NCBI GenBank assembly: GCA_963729625.1
Contig: CAVSOU010000014.1
Coordinates: forward strand, 1 to 64,000
Source: an uncultured bacterium
GTDB lineage: Bacteria > Chloroflexota > UBA5177 > JANWHV01
Direction: 5' to 3'
DNA length: 64,000 bases
Of this stretch, positions 48,765 to 58,290 are shown piece after piece (the stretch's first letter is position 1; each line of letters starts with the position of its first letter). The position numbers were made by a program, and so were the translations under genes. The notes under the pieces were generated by a model. It was not told the origin of the DNA. It made no database searches and worked only from the letters and a program-made list of their open reading frames with translations.

Positions 48765-50040
48765 CGCCCGCGTCGCTGGCGTGCCGTCGCAGCGGAGGTT
48801 TCACAGGACCGTGCTGGCCAATGCGGGGTCGATATTGACCACAAACGCCATAAACATGGCGCTCGGGGTGCCGTACTGGTGGATTGCGGCACGCTGGTTC
48901 GATCCCTCCGCAGTTGGCTTCGCGTCTGCGGTGAATGCGGGCATGAACCTCATGGGCACGCTTGGCATGCTCGGGCTCGGCACGCTGCTCATCGGAGAGC
49001 TCCCGCGCCGGCCGGCAGAGCGTGAGCGCCTCCTCAGCACCGGCTTGCTCGTCGCCGCTGTGGCCGGAGGTCTGCTCGGCACAGGATTCGCCCTCATGGC
49101 TCCTCATGTCTCAAGTGGGTTGCGGAGCCTGGCAGGCAGCCCGGCGACTGTCGCGCTGTTTGCCTTAGGTGCGGGACTGACATCCCTTGCTCTCGTGCTT
49201 GATCAGGCCGTGGTCGGGCTGCTCAGGTCGTCACTGCAGGTGTGGCGGAACTCTGTATTTGGCATATCGAAGCTTCTCGCGCTGGTTGTAGCCGCGGCTT
49301 TCGCCGCTCGCGGCGGGCTGACAATTTACGCAACCTGGGTCTTCGGGCTTGTCGTCTGCTTGCTCGCGCTGGCTTCGCAGACTGGCGCCCTGCATCACGC
49401 ATGTCGGCCCAGCATGGCGGCGGTGCGCAGACTTGGTTGGCAGGCGCTGGGGCACCACGTGCTGAACTCCGCGCTCCAAATCAACAGCCTGGCAATGCCA
49501 CTCGTAGTCACTGCGGTTCTGTCCACGACTGTGAACGCCTACTATAGCATTGCAGGACTCATCTCTGCGCTCGTCTATGTGGTTCCCACCGCACTTGCCA
49601 CGGTTCTCTTTGCACTAGGAGCCAGCGATCCAGCGGCGATCGCCGACCGCGTTCGCTTCACCCTCGTGCTGTCGCTAGCCTTGACTGCTCTGGCCAGTCT
49701 CGTGCTTGTGTTCGCGTCCGTGCCGATCCTCGACGTGTTCGGTCACGGCTACGCACGGCACGCTGCCGTGCCGCTGGTCGTATTCGCTCTGGGGGCGATT
49801 CCATTGTCGATTCGCGAGCACTTCGCGGCGATACAGCGCCTGAGGGGCCGGCCGATTGGCGCTGCGCCGTACGTCCTTGCCGGCAGCGCGCTCAAGCTCG
49901 TGCTGGCAACGAAGGGCGCGACCATGGATGGGCTGGTCGGCCTGAGCGTAGGCCTCCTGGTGGCAAGTTGTGGTGAGGCGCTCGCGCTTGCTCGTCCCGT
50001 GTACTTGGTTGCGGCCGGGCGCGCGCCGGGCTTTGTGTGA
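48757..50040 (+). CDS. Polysaccharide flippase (Wzx/MATE-like)
   Basis: About 12 TM segments, YWWIAAR, LGLGTLLIGEL, LPLVV..NAYY; lies between GT genes. Confidence 0.8.
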   Translation: MVSARVAGVPSQRRFHRTVLANAGSILTTNAINMALGVPYWWIAARWFDPSAVGFASAVNAGMNLMGTLGMLGLGTLLIGELPRRPAERERLLSTGLLVAAVAGGLLGTGFALMAPHVSSGLRSLAGSPATVALFALGAGLTSLALVLDQAVVGLLRSSLQVWRNSVFGISKLLALVVAAAFAARGGLTIYATWVFGLVVCLLALASQTGALHHACRPSMAAVRRLGWQALGHHVLNSALQINSLAMPLVVTAVLSTTVNAYYSIAGLISALVYVVPTALATVLFALGASDPAAIADRVRFTLVLSLALTALASLVLVFASVPILDVFGHGYARHAAVPLVVFALGAIPLSIREHFAAIQRLRGRPIGAAPYVLAGSALKLVLATKGATMDGLVGLSVGLLVASCGEALALARPVYLVAAGRAPGFV

Positions 50041-50132
50041 ACACCTGTTGGTTTCCAACGGCTTGCGCGGGGCGCGAAAGAGTCCATGCAGTGGCCATGT
50101 ATGCTGCAGACTAGAGAGTGAAGGGACATTCC

Positions 50133-51110
50133 ATGTCGGTCGCCGAACCTGCCAAGACCGGCCAGCTAGACAGTGTGCCAGGACAACGTGTGCTCGATCC
50201 GCGAGTCAGCGTGGGAGTGCCGGTATACAACGGAGAGAAGTACCTGCGGCTGGCGCTGGACTCGCTGCTCGCGCAGACCTTTCCCGATTTCGAGGTGATC
50301 ATCTCGGACAATGCGTCGACAGATTCGACAAACGAAATTGCACTGGACTATGCGCGACGCGATCACCGGATCCGGTACTACCGGCAGGCACGGAACCACG
50401 GCGGTGCCTGGAACTTCAACCATACTGTGGAGCTGGCGCGCGGTGAATACTTCAAGTGGGCTGCGCACGACGACGTCCTCGCTCCTTCATTTCTGGAACA
50501 GTGTGTGGCGGCGCTGGACTCCTCGCCGCGTTGCGTGCTGGCTGCGCCGCGCACGGTGAAGATCGATGAACAGGGAAACGAGCAAGTCAGAGTTGGCATG
50601 CGACTCCGCACCGAATCGTCCTCGGCTGCAACACGGTTTCACGACCTGATTCGGGTCCCGCACGGCTGCTACCAGGGTTCCGGACTTATCCGTATAACCG
50701 CGCTCCGAATGACGCCGCTTATCGACATCTATGCTGGATCAGACCGCGTTCTCCTTGCCCGACTCGGCCTCATCGGCGAGTTCTACGAGGTGCCGGAGTA
50801 CCTCTTCTTCTCCAGAAGCCATTCCGCGCAGTCTGTTCGCTCGAATCGCTACGATCGCATGTGGTGGTTTGATCCGACGAAACAGGGACACATAGCGCTA
50901 CCTGCTTGGCGCATATTCGGCGAGCTGGTGGAGTGTGTCTGCGAGGTGCCGCTGAGCTCCGCCGATCGCGCCAGGTGCCTGTTCGACGTGCTGCGGTGGC
51001 CGCTCTGGAACGGCAACGGGATTGAGATGGCGATCGACGTTGCTCGGGCGATCGCAATGGCGCCTCGCGCCATTCTGGGCGCCCGATGCGCAGGCGACAA
51101 GAGCGTCTGA
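50133..51110 (+). CDS. GT2 glycosyltransferase
   Basis: VSVGVPVYNGE, ISDNASTD, NFN, YFKWAAHDD. Confidence 0.9.
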   Translation: MSVAEPAKTGQLDSVPGQRVLDPRVSVGVPVYNGEKYLRLALDSLLAQTFPDFEVIISDNASTDSTNEIALDYARRDHRIRYYRQARNHGGAWNFNHTVELARGEYFKWAAHDDVLAPSFLEQCVAALDSSPRCVLAAPRTVKIDEQGNEQVRVGMRLRTESSSAATRFHDLIRVPHGCYQGSGLIRITALRMTPLIDIYAGSDRVLLARLGLIGEFYEVPEYLFFSRSHSAQSVRSNRYDRMWWFDPTKQGHIALPAWRIFGELVECVCEVPLSSADRARCLFDVLRWPLWNGNGIEMAIDVARAIAMAPRAILGARCAGDKSV

Positions 51111-51368
51111 CCAATCATTGGGCGATCGCCACTGTGCGTGAGACACGCGCTCCGGTTGTAACCGCGACCTATACGGCGGTGCAAGTGCACACCACGGGCG
51201 GCGCCAACCTGCTAGGATACATCGCGAGGACGTTGACCATTCTCTTAGTTTGACCCGCACCTGCAGCAGCACTGAGGGGCAACCCACAGCAGCACCATCG
51301 CGCACTGCGGTCGGAACAGGCGTCTTCGATCTCACAAGGACGCTTGCTCATAGTGGACAGGAGGCAGC

Positions 51369-52493
51369 ATGAGTGACAGACTCGAGCATGATTCTCGCGT
51401 TACAGGGACCAGCTACCCGGAGGGTTCTCGTTCAGGCCAAGTTTCCTCGGAGCGTTTCTCGGTTTACGACGGCCGGCAGGTTCATCGCTACTCGTTGACC
51501 AACGCCGGTGGCATGAACGTGCGGATTCTCGACCTCGGGGGCATTGTTCAATCGATTGACGCCCCCGACGCGTTTGGTAATCTTGCAAACGTTGTCTTGG
51601 GTTATGCGGATCTCGATGGCTACGTGCATGACGCAGCCTATTTTGGCGCCATTATCGGACGTTTTGCCAATCGAATTGCCGGCGGCACATACGAGGTGGA
51701 TGGTGTCAGCTACACGGCAGCGCTCAACGATGGACCGAACTCGCTTCACGGCGGCGCGCGTGGCTTTAACTCGATGGTGTGGGATGCCACGCCCCTGCAC
51801 GTCGACGGTGCCGCCGGACTTCGCCTTACTCGAATGAGCCCGGAAGGTGAAGAAGGCTATCCAGGAACGCTTTCGCTGGAAGTCACCTACATGCTCAAGA
51901 ACGACAACTCACTGGAAATCCGTTACGCGGCCAGCACCGACAAGCCGACGGTGCTCAATCTGACAAATCACAGCTATTTCAATCTCGCGGGACAGGGATC
52001 GGGGAACATTTATGGCCATGTGCTGGAGCTCAATGCAGATCGATATACGCCGGTCAACGCGAACCTGATCCCTGTTGGTGCTCTTGAACCTGTCGCAGGA
52101 ACACCACTCGACTTCACGAGACCGCTCCCTCTGGGTGCGCGCATTCGTGATGGCCACGATCAGCTTGTTCTCGCTCATGGTATCGACCACAACTTCGTGG
52201 TCAATCGGACAATCGGGGACTCCGGATCCCTCGTCCTTGCCGCCACGGTGCACGACCCTCAGAGCGGTCGGACGCTCGAGTGCTTGACGACGGAGCCGGG
52301 AATCCAGGTATATTCCGGAAACTTCCTGCGTGGTGATGCTCGCCTGGCCTGCGGAAAGACCGCTCGGCAGGGGGACGGATTCTGCCTTGAGACGCAGCAC
52401 TTTCCTGATTCGCCAAACCAGCCGCACTTCCCGAGCACCGTTCTGCGTCCTGGCGCTTCGTTTGAATCTACGACCGTGTACCGATTCCGATAG
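51369..52493 (+). CDS. galM: Aldose 1-epimerase (mutarotase)
   Basis: YFGAIIGRFANRI, LHGG, EGYPG, NLTNHSYFNL, DHNF, CLETQHFPDSPN. Confidence 0.95.
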   Translation: MSDRLEHDSRVTGTSYPEGSRSGQVSSERFSVYDGRQVHRYSLTNAGGMNVRILDLGGIVQSIDAPDAFGNLANVVLGYADLDGYVHDAAYFGAIIGRFANRIAGGTYEVDGVSYTAALNDGPNSLHGGARGFNSMVWDATPLHVDGAAGLRLTRMSPEGEEGYPGTLSLEVTYMLKNDNSLEIRYAASTDKPTVLNLTNHSYFNLAGQGSGNIYGHVLELNADRYTPVNANLIPVGALEPVAGTPLDFTRPLPLGARIRDGHDQLVLAHGIDHNFVVNRTIGDSGSLVLAATVHDPQSGRTLECLTTEPGIQVYSGNFLRGDARLACGKTARQGDGFCLETQHFPDSPNQPHFPSTVLRPGASFESTTVYRFR

Positions 52494-52720
52494 CCGGTAT
52501 TCACGACGCTCTGGCCAGATCTCGGCGCCCACGAAGGGTAGTCCGCCTGGCCGACTGCCGTGCACGCACGATGCCTGCTGGTTCATACGAGCGCGCATTC
52601 TGCGGTGCCGGCCGCTGGGCATTGCCCGAGCGCAGGAAGTATGATGTAGAAGCAGACATCCGCGCACGGCGATGGCCTGCCTGACACGCGGACTTGAATC
52701 CCGGAGTGAGTACCGAACAG

Positions 52721-53617
52721 ATGGCGAAATCGGGTCGGAAGAGATATTGGCGTGCCGAGCGCCCAGAGCGTGCCAGCATCCCGTTTGCTACACAGCCCGA
52801 CTATGCCGAGCCCGGCGACGATATGTCGGACCCGGATTCGGTCTGGGAGATGCTGGCGCGCGACGTGCGCATGGATCCGACGGAGGCCGAGCCCATCAAG
52901 ATGGGCTTCGTCAAGCGCCTGTTTTCCGCACTGTATGACCACCTGGGTTCGCTTATTCTGTTGAATCTCGCCGTGGCGCTACAAGTACTGCTGGGGGTGG
53001 CGGTCGGACTCGCCTTCGGGGCTGTTCTGTTCGCAAGCTCGATTGTCGGCATTGTCGTCGCTGCCCTGATCATCATCGCCGTCGCGGCGCCGGCCTTTGC
53101 CGGCATGTTCAACTACGCGCGGTGCCTCTTTTCCGAAGATGAAAGCGCAACGTTGTCACGGTATGTCGCGGGGATGCGCGCATTGGCGAGGCGAAGCTGG
53201 GCGTTGATGGGCCTGCAGGCGGCCACCGGGGGCCTGCTCGTCCTCTCCGTCAGATTTTACGCGAGTCTCGGCGGCCCGGTGGCGTTCGGCGCCGAGCTGC
53301 TTATCCTGTTTCTTCTTGTTGTCTGGGCCATGGCAGGTTGCTACGCGTGGCCTCTGCTGGCACGCGGCCTCGAGATGTCGTTGATTCTCCGCAACTCAAT
53401 TGCCCTGGCGATGGTCGCACCTGGCAGCACGATCGTCATGCTTGTAGGGCTGCTTGCGGTCAGCACATTGTTCATCGTAATACCGGTCGGCGCTGTGCTC
53501 CTGCTGTTTGCCGTTTGGGCCGTAACCGAGAACGCGTCGACATCACGATTGGTGCGCGTTATTCGAGAGCGGCAAGAAGCGCTTGCGCGTCGCAATGACG
53601 GCGCCGATTCGACCTAG
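52721..53617 (+). CDS. Hypothetical integral membrane protein (DUF624-like)
   Basis: About six hydrophobic segments, APAFAGM, YAWPLL, LRNSIAL; start uncertain. Confidence 0.65.
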   Translation: MAKSGRKRYWRAERPERASIPFATQPDYAEPGDDMSDPDSVWEMLARDVRMDPTEAEPIKMGFVKRLFSALYDHLGSLILLNLAVALQVLLGVAVGLAFGAVLFASSIVGIVVAALIIIAVAAPAFAGMFNYARCLFSEDESATLSRYVAGMRALARRSWALMGLQAATGGLLVLSVRFYASLGGPVAFGAELLILFLLVVWAMAGCYAWPLLARGLEMSLILRNSIALAMVAPGSTIVMLVGLLAVSTLFIVIPVGAVLLLFAVWAVTENASTSRLVRVIRERQEALARRNDGADST

Positions 53618-53659
53618 TCCCGCCTGCGCACCGCGAGCGGCTCGGTCGGCCGGCACGCC

Positions 53660-54556
53660 ATGTCGGCCGGCAACCGTACGCGGTTGCCTCGTGTGCGTGC
53701 CCTGCCGGCCCATCGGTTGTGGTTCGGTCCGGAGAAGGTTCTGTCTTCACTACTCGGGCACCGCAACGGTTGTGCCTGGGCCGTGCCGATGCACGTGAGA
53801 TCCGGCGTGATCGCCCAGTCCTACGTGCCCTGGATTGGGGTTACGGGATACACCGTTCGTGTGCCGGGTATGCAGCGACTTCAGCCTGGACAATACATGC
53901 TTTGCGCGTCGAGCGCACTGTCCTGGCAGGTGCTTCCCGACGTCTGTGTGCCAACTGCTCACGACGCGGTTACAGGCACCGTCGACATCCTGATCACTGA
54001 TGGAACAGCGGCGATTCGCTGGGAGATAATGGCCAAATCCTCCATGCCATTGACGGTAACCGCCCCGCTCGGCAAGGGCTTCACATTCGACACCCGGGTC
54101 CGGCGCGCCCTGCTCGTCGACTACGGGTCGCCCGCCGCGCCTCTGCTCTTTCTTGCAAGGAATCTGGTCGAGGGCGGAGTCGAGGTAGTCTATCTTGCCG
54201 GCCGCGCGCTGGAGTCGTGCCCCGTCCCGGCCTCAGCTCTTCCGCCGGAAATCGAATACAGACCTGTTGACGACGAATCTCGCGGCTCCGGCGACGTACT
54301 TCGTGCTGTCGACGAACTCTCCCAGTGGCCGGACGCTGTATTTCTCTCCGGCTCCCGATCGCGCTTGCTTGATGTCGCGACGCTGCTGAGGCGAAAGCTG
54401 CTGCGTCTTCGCCGCGGCTTCGCGCAGGCAGTCGTCTCCCCAGATACATTGCCCTGCGGCGTAGGGGCCTGTGGCCTCTGCGCTATCGAGACGCGGTCGG
54501 GCACGCGCAGGCTGTGTCGAGATGGTCTCGTTTTCGACCTGCTAGATCTTGCGTGA
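53660..54556 (+). CDS. PyrK-like flavin/[2Fe-2S] electron-transfer subunit, divergent
   Basis: LQPGQY, APLGKGF, C-terminal CGVGACGLC...LCRDGLVF; start uncertain. Confidence 0.7.
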   Translation: MSAGNRTRLPRVRALPAHRLWFGPEKVLSSLLGHRNGCAWAVPMHVRSGVIAQSYVPWIGVTGYTVRVPGMQRLQPGQYMLCASSALSWQVLPDVCVPTAHDAVTGTVDILITDGTAAIRWEIMAKSSMPLTVTAPLGKGFTFDTRVRRALLVDYGSPAAPLLFLARNLVEGGVEVVYLAGRALESCPVPASALPPEIEYRPVDDESRGSGDVLRAVDELSQWPDAVFLSGSRSRLLDVATLLRRKLLRLRRGFAQAVVSPDTLPCGVGACGLCAIETRSGTRRLCRDGLVFDLLDLA

Positions 54557-54639
54557 CCATGCCTACGTGCCGGAACGACCGGCGCGCAAAGTAGGTGGAG
54601 CGCGGAGGGCCCGGACGATGGATCGCTCGTGTGCGGCCG

Positions 54640-56046
54640 TCATTGCGGGTTCGGTTCGACGTCACCATCGGGCTTTTGCCTCCGCTGGGCCGGCGATGTG
54701 AACCTTGCAGTCGGATTCTTTGCCAGCAAGACCCTGCAATAGGCGCTCACGCGATCGTGATCTTCGCGCGTGTACTGCAGAAACTGCACGCCTATGATGT
54801 CCTCTTCACGCCACGCCGTCTTCCCGATCAGGTGAACGGCCTGCGGCAAACCGGGCAATGCAAGCTTGATTTGGAGCACGTCTCCGGGAATCGGTCTCGC
54901 GGCGTCTCCATTCAGCCGACATCGCACTCCGCCGGGACTGATGTCGACAATGGTGCCTGCGCTGTACGCCGCGCTCGCGAGGTCGTGCAGGCTGATCTGA
55001 GCCGGCAAGGAGCAAGGTACGCGAATGTATTGGCGTTCATTCCGGTTCACCGGCGGAGCCGGCTCGAGCACTGGCAGGATATGGCCGGCCACCGCCAACT
55101 CGACATGGTGCAGGCCGTTTTGCATGGTCGTAGCCAGATAGAGGTCCCCTGAGGCAACCAGCTCACACTGCCATGCCTGCGTACGCACGTGGATGTCCCC
55201 GCGGGTGTCGACCGTCGCGAGGCGCACCTGGTCGAGCGTCACAGCCGTCGCCGACAGCACATGTGCCTTCTTCGCGGGCGAGCCCGTTACTACTCCGGCA
55301 ACCGTGACCGCGGCGGCATTGCTCTGCAGATGCGCTTCGATCACGCTCCCCTTTACGAAGATGTCCGCGTTTGCCGTTACGCGCGCACCCTCGCTCACCG
55401 AGCCGGTGATGAATATCGGCAGCGTCGGGGAGTCGATCCTTGCGCCCGTTCCGACATCGCCTTCGTGGATGAATGCGGGAAACACGTCAATCCGCATATG
55501 TTGAAAGACTGCTTCTCCATCGCACGCTGCCACCAGCGTCATTCGGTCGTCGCCAAGCGTTGTATTCATGCCGGATGGCAGCAGGGGATCCTTTGGCGGC
55601 CTCGGCTGAATTACACCCCGCCGCAGGTCATGTCCGGGCCGACCGGGCTTGCCAGGGTGTCTCCTTACCAGCGGCGTCCCGGCCTTCACTGCCATCCGAT
55701 TCAGGCGGAAGGAATCACCGGCGGCCACGACAGGTACATTTACGAGCAGCTCGAGGCTGCCGTCTGTCGGAGCCACTGGCGGGAACGCTGAAACCACGCT
55801 GAGCCATTGTCCCGGCGACGACATCTCCAGGGCCGCGGCGACATCCGAATATGGCGGCGGATTCGTGACGCCAAGGCGCTCGCACTCAGTACAGAGCTGG
55901 GCATAGAGATCGCGTGCACTCAGGCCGGATGAGTTTCGAGGCACAAGCAGCTGCAGCGCACTGTCATCAGGAAGAACCCGGAGTACCAGGACTGGTTTTG
56001 CTGCCACGCTCGTGACTCCGTTTGCGCATTGCTTGCACACCGTCAC
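54640..56046 (-). CDS. FapA (DUF342) domain fused to C-terminal PilZ domain
   Basis: PGKPGRPGHDL, LPSGMNT, LVAACDG, EGDV..ITGSVSEGARVTANADIFVKGSV; PilZ RQYIR and DISPGG. Confidence 0.8.
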   Translation of the reverse strand: MTVCKQCANGVTSVAAKPVLVLRVLPDDSALQLLVPRNSSGLSARDLYAQLCTECERLGVTNPPPYSDVAAALEMSSPGQWLSVVSAFPPVAPTDGSLELLVNVPVVAAGDSFRLNRMAVKAGTPLVRRHPGKPGRPGHDLRRGVIQPRPPKDPLLPSGMNTTLGDDRMTLVAACDGEAVFQHMRIDVFPAFIHEGDVGTGARIDSPTLPIFITGSVSEGARVTANADIFVKGSVIEAHLQSNAAAVTVAGVVTGSPAKKAHVLSATAVTLDQVRLATVDTRGDIHVRTQAWQCELVASGDLYLATTMQNGLHHVELAVAGHILPVLEPAPPVNRNERQYIRVPCSLPAQISLHDLASAAYSAGTIVDISPGGVRCRLNGDAARPIPGDVLQIKLALPGLPQAVHLIGKTAWREEDIIGVQFLQYTREDHDRVSAYCRVLLAKNPTARFTSPAQRRQKPDGDVEPNPQ

Positions 56047-56135
56047 TTATGGGCAGTGTAGGGTCGACGGAAGGGGCGTGCAAGGCTTCCGTGGACCTCT
56101 GCCTGTTGCGACTCAGACCAGTATTGCGCGAGGTG

Positions 56136-56885
56136 CTATGCAAGTACCTGGATCGGCGCCCTCGGCAGGCCGCCACTGACAAATCGGACATGACAGCGAT
56201 CCGTGATCTGCTCTTCCGCCTGGCGATCCCTGCGTGACACGCATTGACTTCCGAAAAGGTAGTACCGCCACGGCAAGTCGGCCGACTTCCTGATGCCCAC
56301 TCTCCTGGAAACGACGATTGGCTGCAGCGCAGTCGGTGCGTCGACGATCAGCAGTGGTGGCCTGGAGAGGTCGTGCCCGTCCAGGGCAGCACCAATGGCG
56401 AGGCCTTTGCCGATATTCCCTGGTCCTCGCAGCAGCTCATCTGGGTCCGTGATTCCTCTCAGTCGTTGCATCACTTCGATGCCGTGAACCGGCTCCATGG
56501 CGCGGAGCAATACAGCGGACGCTGGGCCGTGATCTTGCGTTGTGACGACGTTCAGCATGGTGTGAATGCCATAACATCGATAGACATACGCTCGTCCCGC
56601 GGCGCCGAACATCGATTGGTTGCGACGTGTGACTCCGCGGAATGAGTGGCTGGCCTGGTCCAGATCGCCGGCGTAGGCTTCGGTCTCCACAATCCTCGCC
56701 ACGAGTAACTCGGGACCAAGCAGGCGAATGATCAGCTTCCCGAGCAGCTCGCGCGCCACAATCGTGGCCTCGCGGGCCATGAACTGGCGATCAAGCGGTG
56801 GATACCCGTCGTATGGGGCCGGCAGGAGGGCAATCTCAGCCCAATCCGGGGCGCTAGTCGCGCGCCGAAGGCTCTCTGGGCTCAT
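56136..56885 (-). CDS. mpg: DNA-3-methyladenine glycosylase (AAG/Mpg family)
   Basis: ARELLGK, IVETEAY, AYVYRCYG, AVLLRA, GPG, RVGI, PWRY. Confidence 0.92.
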   Translation of the reverse strand: MSPESLRRATSAPDWAEIALLPAPYDGYPPLDRQFMAREATIVARELLGKLIIRLLGPELLVARIVETEAYAGDLDQASHSFRGVTRRNQSMFGAAGRAYVYRCYGIHTMLNVVTTQDHGPASAVLLRAMEPVHGIEVMQRLRGITDPDELLRGPGNIGKGLAIGAALDGHDLSRPPLLIVDAPTALQPIVVSRRVGIRKSADLPWRYYLFGSQCVSRRDRQAEEQITDRCHVRFVSGGLPRAPIQVLA

Positions 56886-58260
56886 GCTCTTCCGACGGTG
56901 CCGGCTGGGCGAGGAGCTTGATCTGCACCTTGTCGGCATGTCTGTTTGAGACGCTCAGCACTGTGATCACCGCCTCGTCATCGACTTCGATCACCGCGCC
57001 GACCGTCGGTAGGTCCTCAAGCCGGTCGATGATAAAGCCGTTGAGTGTGTCGTAGTCTTCAGACTTGAGTGCGAGGTGTATCTCGTCTTCGAGGTCCTCC
57101 AGATAGATCCTTCCGTCGACGACGTACGCATCCGGACCAATCTGCTCGATCGTCGGTTCGGAGCCGGGCTTGTCATACTCATCCTGTATTTCGCCGACAA
57201 TCTCCTCGAGCAGATCTTCGATGGTCACTATTCCGGCGGTACCGCCCGATTCGTCGATCACGATTGCGATGTGTATCTTTCTGGCCTGGAACTCCCTGAA
57301 CAGGTCGCCGACGCGCTTTGTTTCGGGAACCTCGAAGGGCTTCCGTCCAAGCTCCCGAACGGACATGTCGTCCTGGCCATCTCGGAGGGCTCTCAGCAAG
57401 TCCTTTACATAAATTATACCAGTAACCTTATCGATTGACTCGGCGTAGATTGGTATGCGGGATCGGCCCTTTTCAAGCGCAATGTCGACTGCTTCCTTGA
57501 CGGTGAGATCTGCTTGTACGGCGGTGATGCGAACACGCGGTACCATCACTTCCTTGGCCATCGTCTCTTCGAATTCGATGACGCCGTGGATCATCTCCTT
57601 CTCTTCTTCTTCGATCACGCCTTGCTGCTCGCTCAGTGAGACGAGGCTGATCAGCTCGTCTTCCGTGACAAACGGGCCAGTGCGTGGCTTGATGCCAAGG
57701 AGGCGCATGACCAGGTCGGTCATGGCGCGGAGCAACCCTATCAGCGGTCTGAGGAGCGTCGTGAGACCTATTACCGGTCTGGCAAAACGCAAAGCAGTCG
57801 GCTCGGCAGTGTGAATTGCAAGGGTCTTTGGAATTATCTCGACTACCACGAGCACGACGGCCGAGGTGACGATGGGAGCGATGACGGCACCCAGATTGTC
57901 ACCCAGCAGACCAACGAGAATTAGCGTTGCCAGCGTCGACGCCACGATAATGGCGACGCTGTTCACAATCAGGATGGCCGAAAGGAACTGGTTAGGGTCA
58001 CGTATCAGCAACGCAACCTGATTGCTGCCCTTCACACCTTGGTCGAGCAAATGGCGCGTTCGCAGGCGGCTGAGTGAAGTCAGCGCTGTCTCCGCGCCGT
58101 TCGCAAGCGCGGAAAGCAGCAGGCAGGAAAGCAGTCCAATGGCTTGAAGGGTATCCGCACCATCCCAGGCATGGCCGGCGAGCGCAAGCACTGGCTGTCC
58201 AAGCACGCGAGGATTGCCGGTGAGCACGCCGGCCACGTGAGCCAAATGATGAACGACCAC
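56854..58260 (-). CDS. Hemolysin-family CNNM/CBS/CorC protein
   Basis: AETALTSL, EIIPKTLA, VMVPR, SRIPIY, VIDESGGTAGIVTIEDLLEEIVGEIQDEYD. Confidence 0.92.
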   Translation of the reverse strand: MVVHHLAHVAGVLTGNPRVLGQPVLALAGHAWDGADTLQAIGLLSCLLLSALANGAETALTSLSRLRTRHLLDQGVKGSNQVALLIRDPNQFLSAILIVNSVAIIVASTLATLILVGLLGDNLGAVIAPIVTSAVVLVVVEIIPKTLAIHTAEPTALRFARPVIGLTTLLRPLIGLLRAMTDLVMRLLGIKPRTGPFVTEDELISLVSLSEQQGVIEEEEKEMIHGVIEFEETMAKEVMVPRVRITAVQADLTVKEAVDIALEKGRSRIPIYAESIDKVTGIIYVKDLLRALRDGQDDMSVRELGRKPFEVPETKRVGDLFREFQARKIHIAIVIDESGGTAGIVTIEDLLEEIVGEIQDEYDKPGSEPTIEQIGPDAYVVDGRIYLEDLEDEIHLALKSEDYDTLNGFIIDRLEDLPTVGAVIEVDDEAVITVLSVSNRHADKVQIKLLAQPAPSEEHEPREPSARD

Positions 58261-58290
58261 TAAGGCCTTTCTCCGATGCTGGCCATGCTC

